Assembly: GCA_965222075.1 (NCBI GenBank)
Contig: OZ244937.1
Coordinates: 768,001-832,000 of the forward strand
Reading direction: 5' to 3'
From: Candidatus Latescibacterota bacterium
Lineage (GTDB): Bacteria; Latescibacterota; UBA2968; GCA-2709665
DNA length: 64,000 nucleotides
The position numbers were made by a program, and so were the translations under genes. Each line of letters opens with the position of its first letter. Position 1 is the first letter of the stretch. Below the pieces are notes generated by a model. It saw nothing but the letters and a program-made list of their open reading frames with translations, was not told the DNA's origin and made no database searches. Positions 1 through 10,604 of the stretch are shown here, piece after piece.

Positions 1-6
1 GAAGGG

Positions 7-1305
7 ATGCAGCTGAAGGGTCGGATCGTTTCGGCGTTTTTTGAGAACCCATTTCTGGAGGCGGATGCGCCGGCGCTTGCCCTGCGGTGCGATTCCGATC
101 TCAAAGCGCTGCGTGCTGCCCTGTCTGACCTCTGCCGCTGCGGCGTGCTCAGGCATGAGGCAGAACGCTACCGTTTCGAGCCTGAAGCGGGGGTCTATGG
201 TGAGGCTGCCGCGCTGGCCGGGATGCACTGGGAAGCAGAGGCCCCCGTTCGGCAGCAGGTGGTGGAGCTGGAGACGCTGGCCCGGCTGCTGGAGGCACTG
301 GTGCGGCAGGCGTCGGAGACCGAGGCGGGGGACGAGCGCATGGCGGCGGTGGCTGAGCTGAAGGCGATGCGGATGTGCCAGCAGGTGGCCCATGTGCTGT
401 GCGATTGTGTGCGGACCGGGGCGCACCCGGCCTGGCGGGCGACGGCGGCCGGGGCGCTGGGCTACCATGGGGCTGCGGCGGCCTTCCCGGAGCTTCAGGA
501 GGCGCTTCTGGCACATGCCCGGGAAGAGCCGGACCTGGTGGTGGCAAAGGCGATTGCCTTTGCGTTGCGGGACACCCAAGAGGCACTTGCCCTCTTGGAT
601 CACGGCCAGGTGGGAGTGGCGGCCGAGGCGGTACTGGGAGTGACGCTTTCGGAGGTGGGGTGGACGGCTCTCATGGCGCGGTTTTTTGACGGGGTGGACG
701 GGCAGGTGGAGGCCCTGATGTTGCGGCGGGTGCAGGCGGGGGAAGAGGCCGTTGCGCGGGTGGTCTCGTTTCTGTTGACGGCCGATTTTCCGGAGGACCG
801 CGTGGGTCTGACGCCGCGGGTGTTCCGGCTGTTCGGGGCGCTGCCTCAGCCGGCCCTGTTCGCCGCGCTGGTCGGCGTGGAGGAGGAGATCCGGAGGACC
901 CACAAAGAGATCTGGCCGGGCATCCAGCGGCGGGGGCGGAAGCGGGCGCTGATGGAGATTTTTGAGGATCGTGTGCGGGAAGACGGGGCTTCGGAAGCCC
1001 TGCTTGAGGCCCTGCTTGAGCGGACTGTAGAGGATGAGGGGTTTTGGGACCGGTACCTCCGATTCGTACGGTCCCTGCTTCGAACGCTGGATGCTGAAGG
1101 GACCGATGTTGTGATGGATCGGGTGGAGCGGATTGCGGGTGAGATCAACCGGGAGGAGATCGCCCGGCTGGCAGAGTTCTTAGTGGCGCTTGTCCAGGCG
1201 GTGCCGGCGACCGGGCTGAGGGTGCAGAAGGTGCTGGGCCGTTGGGAGGCGATTCTGCCGGGGGTGCAGGTGAAGGCGTTTCATGCGCGGCTGGGGGCGG
1301 GATAA
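7..1305 (+). CDS. Hypothetical helical-repeat (HEAT-like) protein; may be 5'-truncated by the window edge
   Basis: 432-aa ORF, frame open from position 1; Ala/Leu-rich with HEAT-like segment WRATAAGALG...LQEALL...EPDLVVAKAIAFAL. Confidence 0.6.
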   Translation: MQLKGRIVSAFFENPFLEADAPALALRCDSDLKALRAALSDLCRCGVLRHEAERYRFEPEAGVYGEAAALAGMHWEAEAPVRQQVVELETLARLLEALVRQASETEAGDERMAAVAELKAMRMCQQVAHVLCDCVRTGAHPAWRATAAGALGYHGAAAAFPELQEALLAHAREEPDLVVAKAIAFALRDTQEALALLDHGQVGVAAEAVLGVTLSEVGWTALMARFFDGVDGQVEALMLRRVQAGEEAVARVVSFLLTADFPEDRVGLTPRVFRLFGALPQPALFAALVGVEEEIRRTHKEIWPGIQRRGRKRALMEIFEDRVREDGASEALLEALLERTVEDEGFWDRYLRFVRSLLRTLDAEGTDVVMDRVERIAGEINREEIARLAEFLVALVQAVPATGLRVQKVLGRWEAILPGVQVKAFHARLGAG

Positions 1306-1398
1306 ATCTGCGAAAATGGGTTTGACCAACGCCGACCGCTTGAGGGACCAAACCCGGAATTTTAAGACGGCTGCTAAGACAGCTTCTAAACAAGAAAA

Positions 1399-1426
1399 AC
1401 GGCGCAGGGTGTATATCCTGCGCCGT
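1399..1426 (-). terminator. Rho-independent terminator between convergent genes
   Basis: 10-bp stem ACGGCGCAGG/CCTGCGCCGT; T-run follows on the minus strand. Confidence 0.65.
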
Positions 1427-1448
1427 CTGCGTTTCAGTGCAAAACCGA

Positions 1449-2366
1449 TCAGAAGTATTTGCCCAGGCCGATGGCGATGGAGAACCCGCTGAAATCGCCC
1501 GGGCTGCCGAGCATGTCGGTAAAATGGGCGAGGGTGTATCGGCCGTCTAAAGTCAGGGCGAAGTCCTTGTTTTCCCCCAGGCGAATGTCGATTCCCGAGG
1601 CGACAAAACCACCTACGGTCAGGGAAAGCCGGGGCAAGTCCCCGAATGGAAGGGCAACGCTGAGGTCCAGGCCGTTGTAATAGCCGGCCCGATAGGGGGT
1701 GCCAACACCGGCGTTGAACCCGATGCCGGTGTGCGGATAAAAGCCCGGGGGACCGGTCTGATGGTCGAACCGAATGATCGGACCGGCTCCAAACCCGATG
1801 TGGGGTACAATGCGTTTGTCTGCGGCGAACTGCCGCTGCAGGCCAACAGGGAGGGAGGCAAGGGTGATGCGGCTGACGCTACCGGGCATGGCGCTGCCCA
1901 GCCTGGCGGCCGACTGCTGGTAGCCGTAGGTGAGCATTTCGATTCCGACCATGAGCCGGACTATGGGCGAGAGCCGCCGGTCGTAGCCGATGCGGAAGCC
2001 GATGCCGCCGGTGGCGCTGGAGAAGAAGGCGCTGAGGCCGTTGAGGTCGGGGAGACGGGTCGGCGGCAGGAGGATGTCGCGCGGTTCGGGATAGACTGTC
2101 TGTGCAATGAAGGGGGCCTGATCGAGGTCGATCAGGAGGTCGCTGCCGGGCGGCGCCTGCACAGGGGTGCCGTTTTCGGCCCCTGTACTGCCGAACTCGC
2201 CTGGAAGGCGGACGACGATGCGGCCGTTTTCGTCGATGATGGTCACGACCGTCTTGGAGACAGATGCGCGCGCTTCAGGGTGAGCAGGGCGCGGCTTCTC
2301 TGCTGCTGAGAGGGGTACGGAGATCAACAGCGCAAGAGAGGCAAAAACCGGGATGAATCGTTGCAT
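1449..2366 (-). CDS. Secreted protein, probable outer-membrane beta-barrel
   Basis: Signal peptide, RBS AAGGAGG, alternating beta-strand pattern, C-terminal IGLGKYF aromatic end. Confidence 0.65.
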   Translation of the reverse strand: MQRFIPVFASLALLISVPLSAAEKPRPAHPEARASVSKTVVTIIDENGRIVVRLPGEFGSTGAENGTPVQAPPGSDLLIDLDQAPFIAQTVYPEPRDILLPPTRLPDLNGLSAFFSSATGGIGFRIGYDRRLSPIVRLMVGIEMLTYGYQQSAARLGSAMPGSVSRITLASLPVGLQRQFAADKRIVPHIGFGAGPIIRFDHQTGPPGFYPHTGIGFNAGVGTPYRAGYYNGLDLSVALPFGDLPRLSLTVGGFVASGIDIRLGENKDFALTLDGRYTLAHFTDMLGSPGDFSGFSIAIGLGKYF

Positions 2367-2639
2367 GGGGCACCTCCTTTAAGGCGTACAGGGCGCAGCG
2401 TATCACGACGGTTTTCCGTTGTTTTACGGAGTAGGCCACCACAAAGTATTTGACAGGTGCGTCTTCAAGAGATATTTTGGTCCTTGACTGCCTGGATTTG
2501 CGGCCAGGGTGTCGCTTTTGGGTCAAATATAATATACCACAATTGGAAGGTGTAGTCAACGGTGGTGGGTTGGAGCCTTCCAGTCTCACAATCGGCAGAG
2601 GTACGGGGTCTCTCTGCGTGACTCAGTCTGGAGGCCGCG

Positions 2640-3542
2640 ATGCGCAGGAAAGGAAGATTTGCTCTGGCTGTTGCCGCTGTTCTGGTGATGGCATTTTTGT
2701 TGTTACGATATGTTGAATTTTTCCCCGGAGACAGGGAGAAAGCACCGCGAAGGGCCCGGGGAGGGATCGAAGAGCACGTGTATGGGGGCCTGCCGGACGA
2801 GGGTCCGGTTCTGGTTCGGAATGGGTACGTACTTTCCTACGATCCGGATCGCAGGGTGCCATCCTGGGTCGCCTACCACCTGAGGCCGGACTATGTGAAG
2901 ACGCCCAAGAGAAGAGGGGGGTATGCCAGGTTCCGCCCGGACGCTGAGGTCGAGCACCCTGTCCGGCCTGGGGACTACCGGGGGGCAGACTACCACCGGG
3001 GACATCTGGCCCCGTATTTTGCGATGGGGGGAGACCGGGATGGGGACGGGCTGTATGCGGCCGATGGGGACCGGGAGGACCAGGAGACGGTTTTTGAGGC
3101 GAACCGGATGAGCAATATCGCGCCTCAGCACGCTAAGTTCAACGGTCCCGGCGGGGTATGGTACGGTCTGGAGACCTGGGTGCGGGAGGAGGTTGTGAAG
3201 AAGCGGGGGAGAGAGGTCTGGGTGTTTGCAGGGTGCGTGTTCGGGCCGGGCGAGCACGAAAGGATCGGACCGGAGGAGGATATTTATGTGCCGCCGATGT
3301 TTTTCAAGATTGTGATTGTCGAGGAGGGATCAGAGCCGGTGGTGCTCGCTTTCCTGTTTCCCCACCAGCGTGTGATTCACAGGTCCGGGAAGGAGCGGAT
3401 TTTCCCTTATTTCCTGGTTTCTGTGGATGTGATCGAGGCGCTGACCGGGCTGAATTTCCTCCGGGGGCTGGAGGGGGAGGAGGTGCTTGAGAAGGTGGAT
3501 ACGTGGGTGAACTGGAAGCAGTTTGTGCGTATGCATCCGTAG
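2640..3542 (+). CDS. DNA/RNA non-specific endonuclease (NucA/EndoG, beta-beta-alpha-metal) with N-terminal membrane anchor
   Basis: YHRGHLAP, SNIAPQ, FN..W..LE and VP..FFKI motifs. Confidence 0.92.
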   Translation: MRRKGRFALAVAAVLVMAFLLLRYVEFFPGDREKAPRRARGGIEEHVYGGLPDEGPVLVRNGYVLSYDPDRRVPSWVAYHLRPDYVKTPKRRGGYARFRPDAEVEHPVRPGDYRGADYHRGHLAPYFAMGGDRDGDGLYAADGDREDQETVFEANRMSNIAPQHAKFNGPGGVWYGLETWVREEVVKKRGREVWVFAGCVFGPGEHERIGPEEDIYVPPMFFKIVIVEEGSEPVVLAFLFPHQRVIHRSGKERIFPYFLVSVDVIEALTGLNFLRGLEGEEVLEKVDTWVNWKQFVRMHP

Positions 3543-3692
3543 CCCGGTGGGTAGTGGGCTGAGATTATCCCAGGACACGACCCGGGATAAAGTTGAGCTT
3601 GACATTGCCTCTTCCCGGAGTAATATTCTCTTAGGAATGAACCTCATCCAGTGGTATATGGATGCGTTTTTTAATTCAATGGGAAAATATCA

Positions 3693-3853
3693 ATGGAGGA
3701 TATCATTCGCAAGGCCCGGTTGACAGATGTTCCATATATGGTCGGGCTCTCAGAACAGAAAAGAATTCAGTATGAGAAATACCAGCTAAACGGACGATGC
3801 TGCAATCACAGGATTTTTCAATTGCATCGGAATGGTATGTGAGAGAAATATAA
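3693..3853 (+). pseudogene. Internally deleted GNAT-like gene remnant
   Basis: MEDIIRKARLTDVPYMVGLSEQKRIQYEKYQ joined out of frame to KRTMLQSQDFSIASEWYVREI*; these resemble the two ends of a GNAT protein. Confidence 0.55.
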
Positions 3854-3903
3854 CGTGAAAGATTCATAAAATCTGTTTCCGTTCATGAAATTAATCAGGT
3901 TTA

Positions 3904-4644
3904 ATGAGTGAAATCGAGGCATATACAATGTATATCGACATCAAGACGGACCAGCAGTATTGGAGTCGTAAGAAAGTTTGCTTGCCGAGCGCGTGGAAGC
4001 GCGTCAAAGACGCCAGGCACTTCCTCAAGGGCGAGTGGATCACTATCGACGCCAACGACGAAGTGCGGCGCATCACCCGCGATCCGCATGACAACATCAG
4101 TGTATTTCCGGTTATCGAAGAGGCGGGACCGCTTACTCAAAAGCTGGGCGTGGCTATGGGCCTGTATGAGGCCGAGACCGACAACTACTGTGGTGCGCCA
4201 TCGCGCAACGACCCGCTGACGATAGCCAGCGATGGCGGTACGCCCAATCGAGGCCGTCTGCGCGTGGCGGCGACTGGCGAGCCGGTCATCGCCATGGTTG
4301 AGAAGTCACCGATTCGGGACGTTAACGACCTGGTCTTTCGCACGGTAATTACAATCTGCGTAACCGAGCAAATCGATGGATATACTTTCCGACTTGACCC
4401 CAGAAGCAAGACCGCCGTAACGGCTCAGGCGTCTCGGCAGCTGGTCAGAAGCGTTTTTATTTCTCATGACACATATCACACTGCCAGGCCGGTTTTTGAG
4501 TTTCTACATCCATCAATGCGGATTCATATTGCAGAGATGTTGACCGATATTCCGGCAGAAAAACTGCGAGATCTCGTCAGAGTATTTTTTGTAGATCCAA
4601 AGACTAAGGAAAGGTTATTTGACCTCTCGGCACACCATGTCTAA
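3904..4644 (+). CDS. Hypothetical protein
   Basis: 246-aa ORF with lower GC; stop overlaps the next start by 8 nt. Confidence 0.65.
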   Translation: MSEIEAYTMYIDIKTDQQYWSRKKVCLPSAWKRVKDARHFLKGEWITIDANDEVRRITRDPHDNISVFPVIEEAGPLTQKLGVAMGLYEAETDNYCGAPSRNDPLTIASDGGTPNRGRLRVAATGEPVIAMVEKSPIRDVNDLVFRTVITICVTEQIDGYTFRLDPRSKTAVTAQASRQLVRSVFISHDTYHTARPVFEFLHPSMRIHIAEMLTDIPAEKLRDLVRVFFVDPKTKERLFDLSAHHV

Positions 4645-5113
4645 AAGGGGTAATCTGTACACAGGTAGAGCAGGTCATCTTGCGGTTATGGCGGAGTTGC
4701 TGCTTCGAGGGTGGAACACCGCTATTCCGGAAGTCGATGTGGGCGACGATATTTTCGTCGTCCACGATAGCAAGGGGGACTTGCGCCGCGTACAGGTGAA
4801 GACGGCTTTGGCAAAGCGGTTGAAGGTGGGTCACAGCGCGCAGTTCAATCTCTCGCTCTCGCAACTCCAAACGTCTATGACTCCGGAAGTAACATATATT
4901 TTTGCCGTCCGACTTCTCAATCATTGGGACTCTTTTGTCGTGATTGACAGGGAAATTTTGGATGAGGAACATAGCTCGTATCGTCTGGGGAGCGGAAGCA
5001 CCGACAGGCTCGTATTGCGGTTGCGTTTCGAGGGAACAAGCGTTATCTGTAAAGAGCGGGACTTGTCGCAATACCGCAATAACTGGGAGGCCTTTTCCAT
5101 TATCGAGCACTGA
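4637..5113 (+). CDS. PD-(D/E)XK family endonuclease
   Basis: G.AGHLAVMAELLLRGW...PEVDVGDDIFV...VQVKT catalytic pattern; ATG at 4637. Confidence 0.8.
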   Translation: MSKRGNLYTGRAGHLAVMAELLLRGWNTAIPEVDVGDDIFVVHDSKGDLRRVQVKTALAKRLKVGHSAQFNLSLSQLQTSMTPEVTYIFAVRLLNHWDSFVVIDREILDEEHSSYRLGSGSTDRLVLRLRFEGTSVICKERDLSQYRNNWEAFSIIEH

Positions 5114-5336
5114 TCGCACCGGGGAACGCGCGAGTCACTGAGCGTTTTAAGACCTAAGTCATATAGAGATTCATCGTGGGGGGATGCGTCTGGGGAAACG
5201 GAGTTTGCAGGCCGCCTTTGTATGACTGGTTCGGCAGGCCGCGTAGGTCTTCTGGAGCAGGGCGTGCAGGTCCGCCTGCGCGTAGCGCGCGGGCAGGCGG
5301 TTATGGTGGTGGTATTGACCTGAAAGGAGGCTCGAG

Positions 5337-5717
5337 ATGTTTGAATGGGAGACCTTTTTCGAGATTATTGTCGCTTACGCGATCGCTGCTCTGGTGATCG
5401 AGCGGGCTTTGTACCAGGTCTTCGACACGAAACTGTGGAAATGGGTTGAGGAGAAGGTCAACGAGGCGGCAGGCGGCGATCATGCGGATCTGAAGCCCTG
5501 GATTTCGGTTGTGGTCTCTGTTGGAGTCGCACTGAAGCTGGACCTCGATATATGTGCTTTTATGTTCGGCAGGGCGCCCAATCCGCTGACGGTCTTGCTC
5601 ACGGGGCTCTTTATCGCGGGGGGGAGCACCGGGGTCTATAAATTCTTCAAAAGGGCACGGAAACTCAAGGATGCCAGGAAGAAAGCCGCCATTGTAGAGG
5701 CGAAAAGGACCGAATAG
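5337..5717 (+). CDS. Small three-TM membrane protein (holin-like)
   Basis: RBS AAGGAGG; three hydrophobic segments, TGLFIAGGS motif, basic C-terminal tail. Confidence 0.7.
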   Translation: MFEWETFFEIIVAYAIAALVIERALYQVFDTKLWKWVEEKVNEAAGGDHADLKPWISVVVSVGVALKLDLDICAFMFGRAPNPLTVLLTGLFIAGGSTGVYKFFKRARKLKDARKKAAIVEAKRTE

Positions 5718-5767
5718 AGAAGCGTTCGGCTGGCGCTGGTCCACGGTTTCCTCCAGCCGATAAGCAA

Positions 5768-5980
5768 CCCGGAAAGGACGCGGACAGGAAGACCAACCCA
5801 AAGATACTGATTGTCGACGACGATGGCCCCGGCGCCGCACACCTGGAAGAATGCCTGAAAAACCTGGGATACACGGTGTGCGCCGTGGCCTCGTGCGGGC
5901 GCGAGGCCACGGAAAGGGAACGACCATGCGCGTGACACTGCCGCTTTCCTCGGTCGCCCCCCATGCAACGACAGGATAAC
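5768..5980 (+). pseudogene. Collapsed paralogue of the downstream hybrid histidine kinase
   Basis: 5768-5915 resembles about 6476-6624; 5910-5980 is identical to 8540-8610; start codon TTG is replaced by AAG. Confidence 0.85.
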
Positions 5981-6305
5981 CAATGACAAAACGGTCCGAT
6001 CCGCGTTCCGTCGGACCGATGCAGGTTCCATACGCCTCGCAAGGGGCTCCCGAGTCCGGCGTGCCGCTGCAAACGTGTTGCAAAACGCGCCTTCCGTTGC
6101 AAATTGCACCAAATCCTCTACTTCCCTCTCGGATATTTCCCATAAGTCCTTCATAAACATCCATTTATATCTCCTGTTATGGTGGAAAAGCGGCCGCTCC
6201 GGCGGCTTGCCATGGAGCATTCTGCAACACGCCGAGAAATTCCCCCGTCGTTGCATATATTCTAACTCCCTTATACACAATCAGTTGGGTGTTTAATTGG
6301 AAAGG

Positions 6306-6321
6306 TGGCACGAATTTTGCG
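6306..6321 (+). promoter_or_regulatory. Sigma-54 (-24/-12) promoter
   Basis: TGGCACGAATTTTGCG = TGGCAC-N5-TTGC, upstream of an operon encoding a sigma-54 activator; TGTTGCA/TGCAAC enhancer-like sites at about 6076-6255. Confidence 0.8.
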
Positions 6322-6496
6322 TTGTCTGTTTGGAAATTACCAGAGTTCCCCGCTGGCGAGACGGTTACTCGAGGAATACGCCGACATTAGTATTGCCATC
6401 GCCACCACCCGCTCTGCGCGTGGTCGTTGATTCTCGCGGACCTGCCGGCACTGATACATCCGCGCCCGTGGGACGCCCGGAAAGGACGCGAACAGG

Positions 6497-8609
6497 TTGA
6501 CCAACGCGAAGATACTGATCGTCGACGACGATGAATCCGGCGCCGCTCACGTCGAAGAATGCCTGAAATCCCTGGGATATACGGTGTGCGTCCCGGTTTC
6601 CAGCGGCTGCCGGGCCATGGAAAGTGCCGAGGCCACGCGACCCGACCTGGCCCTGGTTGACCTCGGGCTGGAAGGGGAACTCACGGGCCCGGAAACGGGG
6701 GAGCGGATCGGCAGCCGGTTCGAGATTCCCGTGGTTTACCTGACCGACGATGCCGATGCGGACCTGTTGCGACGGGCGTGGGCGACCGACCCGTTCGGCT
6801 ACGTGCTGAGGCCGTTCGAAGTGGTGCAGCTGCACCTGAACATTCAGACCGCCGTCTCCCGGCACCGGAGGGAATGCAGGCATAGAGAAACGCGGATCAG
6901 GTTGAACAGAACCATTGACGAACTGAAAGATCTCGTCCAACTTATGAAGACCGTATTCGACAGCATGGGCGAGGCCGTGCTCGCCGTCAGTAGGAACGGC
7001 ATGCCCGTGGTCTTCAACTCGAATGCGCAGCAGATGGTCGGAGCCTGTGAGCTGGAGGGAGACATCCATAAATGGGCTGACAAATACGGTGTTTTTCAAC
7101 CCGATGGAGAGACGACCGTTCGGAAGCATGGGAACCCGTTGCGGCTTGCCATAAACGGCCAGGCCACGGACAACATCGAGCTGTTCATACGCAACAAGCA
7201 GAATCCGGACGGCATTCATGTCAACGTAAGCGGTAGACCCCTGATAGGAAAAACAGGTGTTATTAAAGGGGGCGTGGTCGTCGCCCGTGACGTCACCAGG
7301 CTCAAGCAGGCGGAAGCCGAGCTGGAACGGACGCTCGCCCGGCAGCAGGAACAGGCCGGCCTCATGCAGACCATTTTCAGCAGCATCAGCGACGGCGTGG
7401 TGGTCGCCGACGCCGAGGGGAAATTCACGCTCTTCAATCCCAGCGCCGAACAGATTGTCGGCGTCGGTATGCTGGATCTGCCGCCCGAACAATGGACCGA
7501 GCGATACGGTGTCTTTTATCCCGATAAAACGACCCACGTGCCAACGGAACGGCTGCCCCTGGTGCGCGCCATGCGGGGCGAGGCAACCGACGAGATCGAG
7601 CTGTTCATCCGCAACGAGCAGAAGCCGGACGGCGTTTATATCAGCGTCAGCGGGCGGCCTCTGCAGGCAGACGTTGACGGGCACGGCGGCGGGGTGATCA
7701 TTTTCCGCGACGTCACCGAGCGCAGTGCTGGCCGAGGAGGCGCTGGCGCGAGCCTTCGCGCAGGGGCGGCTGGAGATCGTGGATACCATTCTCCACAACA
7801 TCGGCAACGCGATCAACAGCGTCACCACGGGCATCGAGACCGTGCGCCGCAACCTGGTGAACGACCCGGTGGGACGCCGTCTCTTCGCGCTGGCCGCGGC
7901 GGTGCGGGCGCACCGGAACGACTGGGTCGACTATATCGCGAACGACCCTCAGGGCCGCAAGGTGATGCCGTTCATCGTCGAACTCGCGGAAAGCCTTTCC
8001 AGGCGGAACGAAGAGCTGATGAAGACCGTGGGCCGCGTCCGGGACCGGGCCAACCATATCGCCGATATCGTCCGCACCCAGAAGGCGCTCGCCAGTCCCA
8101 GCAGTATGGATCGCAAGGACGTGGACCTGCACGACGCGCTCTCGGGCGCCGTGAGGGTGTTGAGGGACTCGCTCAACAAAAGGGGCATCCAGGTCGCCAT
8201 CGACTGCGAAAACGCGCCGCGGGAGATTCGCATCCAGGAGAGCCAGTTTCACCAGATGCTGGTCAACCTGGTGAAAAACTCGCTTGAAGCCATCGACGAA
8301 CTTGCCGCAGCGCGGGGACTCGACGATACGCCCCGCATCCGGATCAGGGCCAGCGCCGGAGAGGAATTTCTCAACCTGGAAGTGATTGACAACGGCATCG
8401 GCATCAGAAACAAGGACACCAGGGTGCTTTTTTCACCCGGTTACACGACGAAAGAATCGGGGAGCGGGCTCGGTCTCCATTCCGCGGCCAATTTCGTCAT
8501 TGCCTCCGGCGGACGAATTGAGCCGTTGAGCGAGGGAACCGGAAAGGGAACGACCATGCGCGTGACACTGCCGCTTTCCTCGGTCGCCCCCCATGCAACG
8601 ACAGGATAA
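6497..8609 (+). pseudogene. Hybrid receiver-PAS-PAS histidine kinase split by a +1 frameshift near 7724
   Basis: REC (ILIVDDD, DLALVD) and two PAS domains in ORF 6497; H-box ILHNIGN, N-box NLVKNS, DNGIG and GSGLGL in ORF 7725-8609; junction CGC-A-GTG has one extra base. Confidence 0.85.
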
Positions 8610-8644
8610 CGACAGTAACGACCGATGGACAGGGCGGTTCGGGA

Positions 8645-10604
8645 ATGAAACCCATGAATCATGAAAACAACCGTGTGCTGATCGTGGATGATCAGGCTGA
8701 GATCCACGAGGACTTCGTGGAGATGTTGAAGCCGATTATTGCCGGGCCGTCGACAAATGACCTGGCGGCGGCCTTCGTGAGCGAGGAAGAAGAGTTCTTT
8801 CTCCCGGAGTTCGAGTTGCTGCACGCGAGCAACGGGGAGGAAGCATACGACATCATCCAGGCGGGAAAGGAATCGAACCACCCCGTCGCCGCGGCCTATA
8901 TCGATATCAGAATGCCTCCGGGCATCGATGGTATCGAGACGATCCGCCGGGTGAGAAAGATCGATCGCGACATCGAGATTGTCATCATGACGGCGTACAC
9001 AGACAGGTCGCTGCCCGAGATCATCCACAACATGGAGTTGCTGCACAAGCTGCTCTATATCAGGAAACCTTTCACGCACGAGGAGATACAGCAGATCACC
9101 CTTTCCCTGGTGGGGAAGTGGAACATCGAGCGGGATCTGGCGGAAAAACGGCGGCAATTCGCTATCGGTCATCGAAGACTGGAAGCCGTGCTCAATGCCA
9201 CCGGAGATGCCATTGCGATGCACGACGTCTCCGGACGCCTGGTCTTCGCCAACCAGGTGTACGAGAAGCTGATGGGTCTGAAGGAGAGCGAACTTAAGAA
9301 AGCGTCGGCGCGGGATCTGAAGGCGCGCCTGGAAGCGCGGTTCCGGGAACCCGATCTCGGCGACCTGGAGGGAAGGTTTCTCCTCGACGGCGGCAACGTG
9401 GTGGAGACGACCGGCGCCGGGAAGGTGCCGGAGCAGCGGCTGTTCTACCGCTCCACCGCGCCGGTGCGCGACGGGCGCGGAGAGACGATCGGCGGCCTCG
9501 TCGTGTACCGGGACGTGTCCAAGGAGATCGAGGCCGAGCAGATGAAGGCCGAGGTGCTGCGTCTGCGCACCGAACTGGAGACGACCTACTCGCTTGCCGG
9601 CATGGTGGGCGCCAGCCCCGGAATGCAGCGGGTATACGCGCTGATGAAACAGGCCGCTGAAAGCGATATCACAGTGCTTATCCGGGGCGAAAGCGGCACC
9701 GGCAAGGAGTTGGTGGCCAAGTCGTTTCACTTCAACAGTTCGCGAAAGAAGGGGCCGTTCGTTGCCCTCGATTGCGCCGCCATCCCCGCAACGCTCATCG
9801 AAAGCGAGCTGTTCGGACATGAACGAGGGGCCTTCACGGGGGCGACGCAGCGGAGAATCGGAGCTTTCGAGCGCGCTGATGGGGGCACCATTCTTATCGA
9901 CGAGATCGGCGACCTGCCGTACGTCCTGCAGGGGAAGCTGTTGCGCGTCCTGCAGGAGCGGGAAGTCCAGCGGATCGGAGGAGCCGCCCCGATATCCGTA
10001 GACATCCGGGTGATAACGGCGACCAACAAAGACCTTGAGCGCGCCGTAAAGGAGGGCGAAATCCGCGAAGATCTGTTCTATCGGATCGCGGCCTTCCCCA
10101 TCCTGATTCCGCCGCTGAGAGAGCGGCGTGAGGATATTCCCCTGCTTGCCAGACACTTCCTGGAGAAATACGCCGAACGCGCCAACAAATCCGTAAACGG
10201 CATCTCCACCGCTACCCTGCGCCTGCTGCTCCAGTACGACTGGCCGGGAAACGTCCGGGAACTGGAGAACGCCATCGAGCGCGCCGTGCTGCTGGAGACG
10301 GACGCCGTGCTGCAGGCGGGCAGCCTGCCGCCCCAGTTGTCGCCGGTCCTCGCTTCCGCAACCGATCGTCCGGTGCCGCTGGCGGAGGTCGAGCGACAGG
10401 CCCTGCTGCGCGCCCTCGAAGCCACGGGGAACAACGTGAAGGAGGCCGCGGGCGCGCTGGGCATCAACCGATCGACCCTGCACCGGAAGTTGAAGAAGGC
10501 CCTGCTGCGCGCCCTCGAAGCCACGGGGAACAACGTGAAGGATGGGCATCAACCGATCGACCCTGCACCGGAAGTTGAAGAAATACAACCTCGGCCGGGT
10601 GTAG
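8645..10604 (+). CDS. Sigma-54-dependent response regulator (REC-PAS-AAA+-HTH); 3' end disturbed by a tandem duplication, so the frame now runs to 11062
   Basis: [24 protein letters not shown], Fis-type [18 protein letters not shown]; ancestral stop TAG at 10602-10604 is now out of frame. Confidence 0.9.
10398..10581 (+). repeat. 99-bp tandem duplication of the HTH-coding segment; second copy lacks 14 nt
   Basis: AGGCCCTGCTGCGCGCCCTCGAAGCC... starts at 10398 and 10497; GGCCGCGGGCGCGC is missing from copy 2. Confidence 0.95.

Noticed and set aside
5301-6280. Long minus-strand ORFs 5301-6164 and 5636-6280
   Set aside because: They overlap a plus-strand gene, the kinase ghost and promoter DNA, with no protein motifs.
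7725-8287. C-terminal part of the 596-aa ORF as real protein
   Set aside because: It is an out-of-frame reading after the frameshift; kinase motifs are in the other frame.
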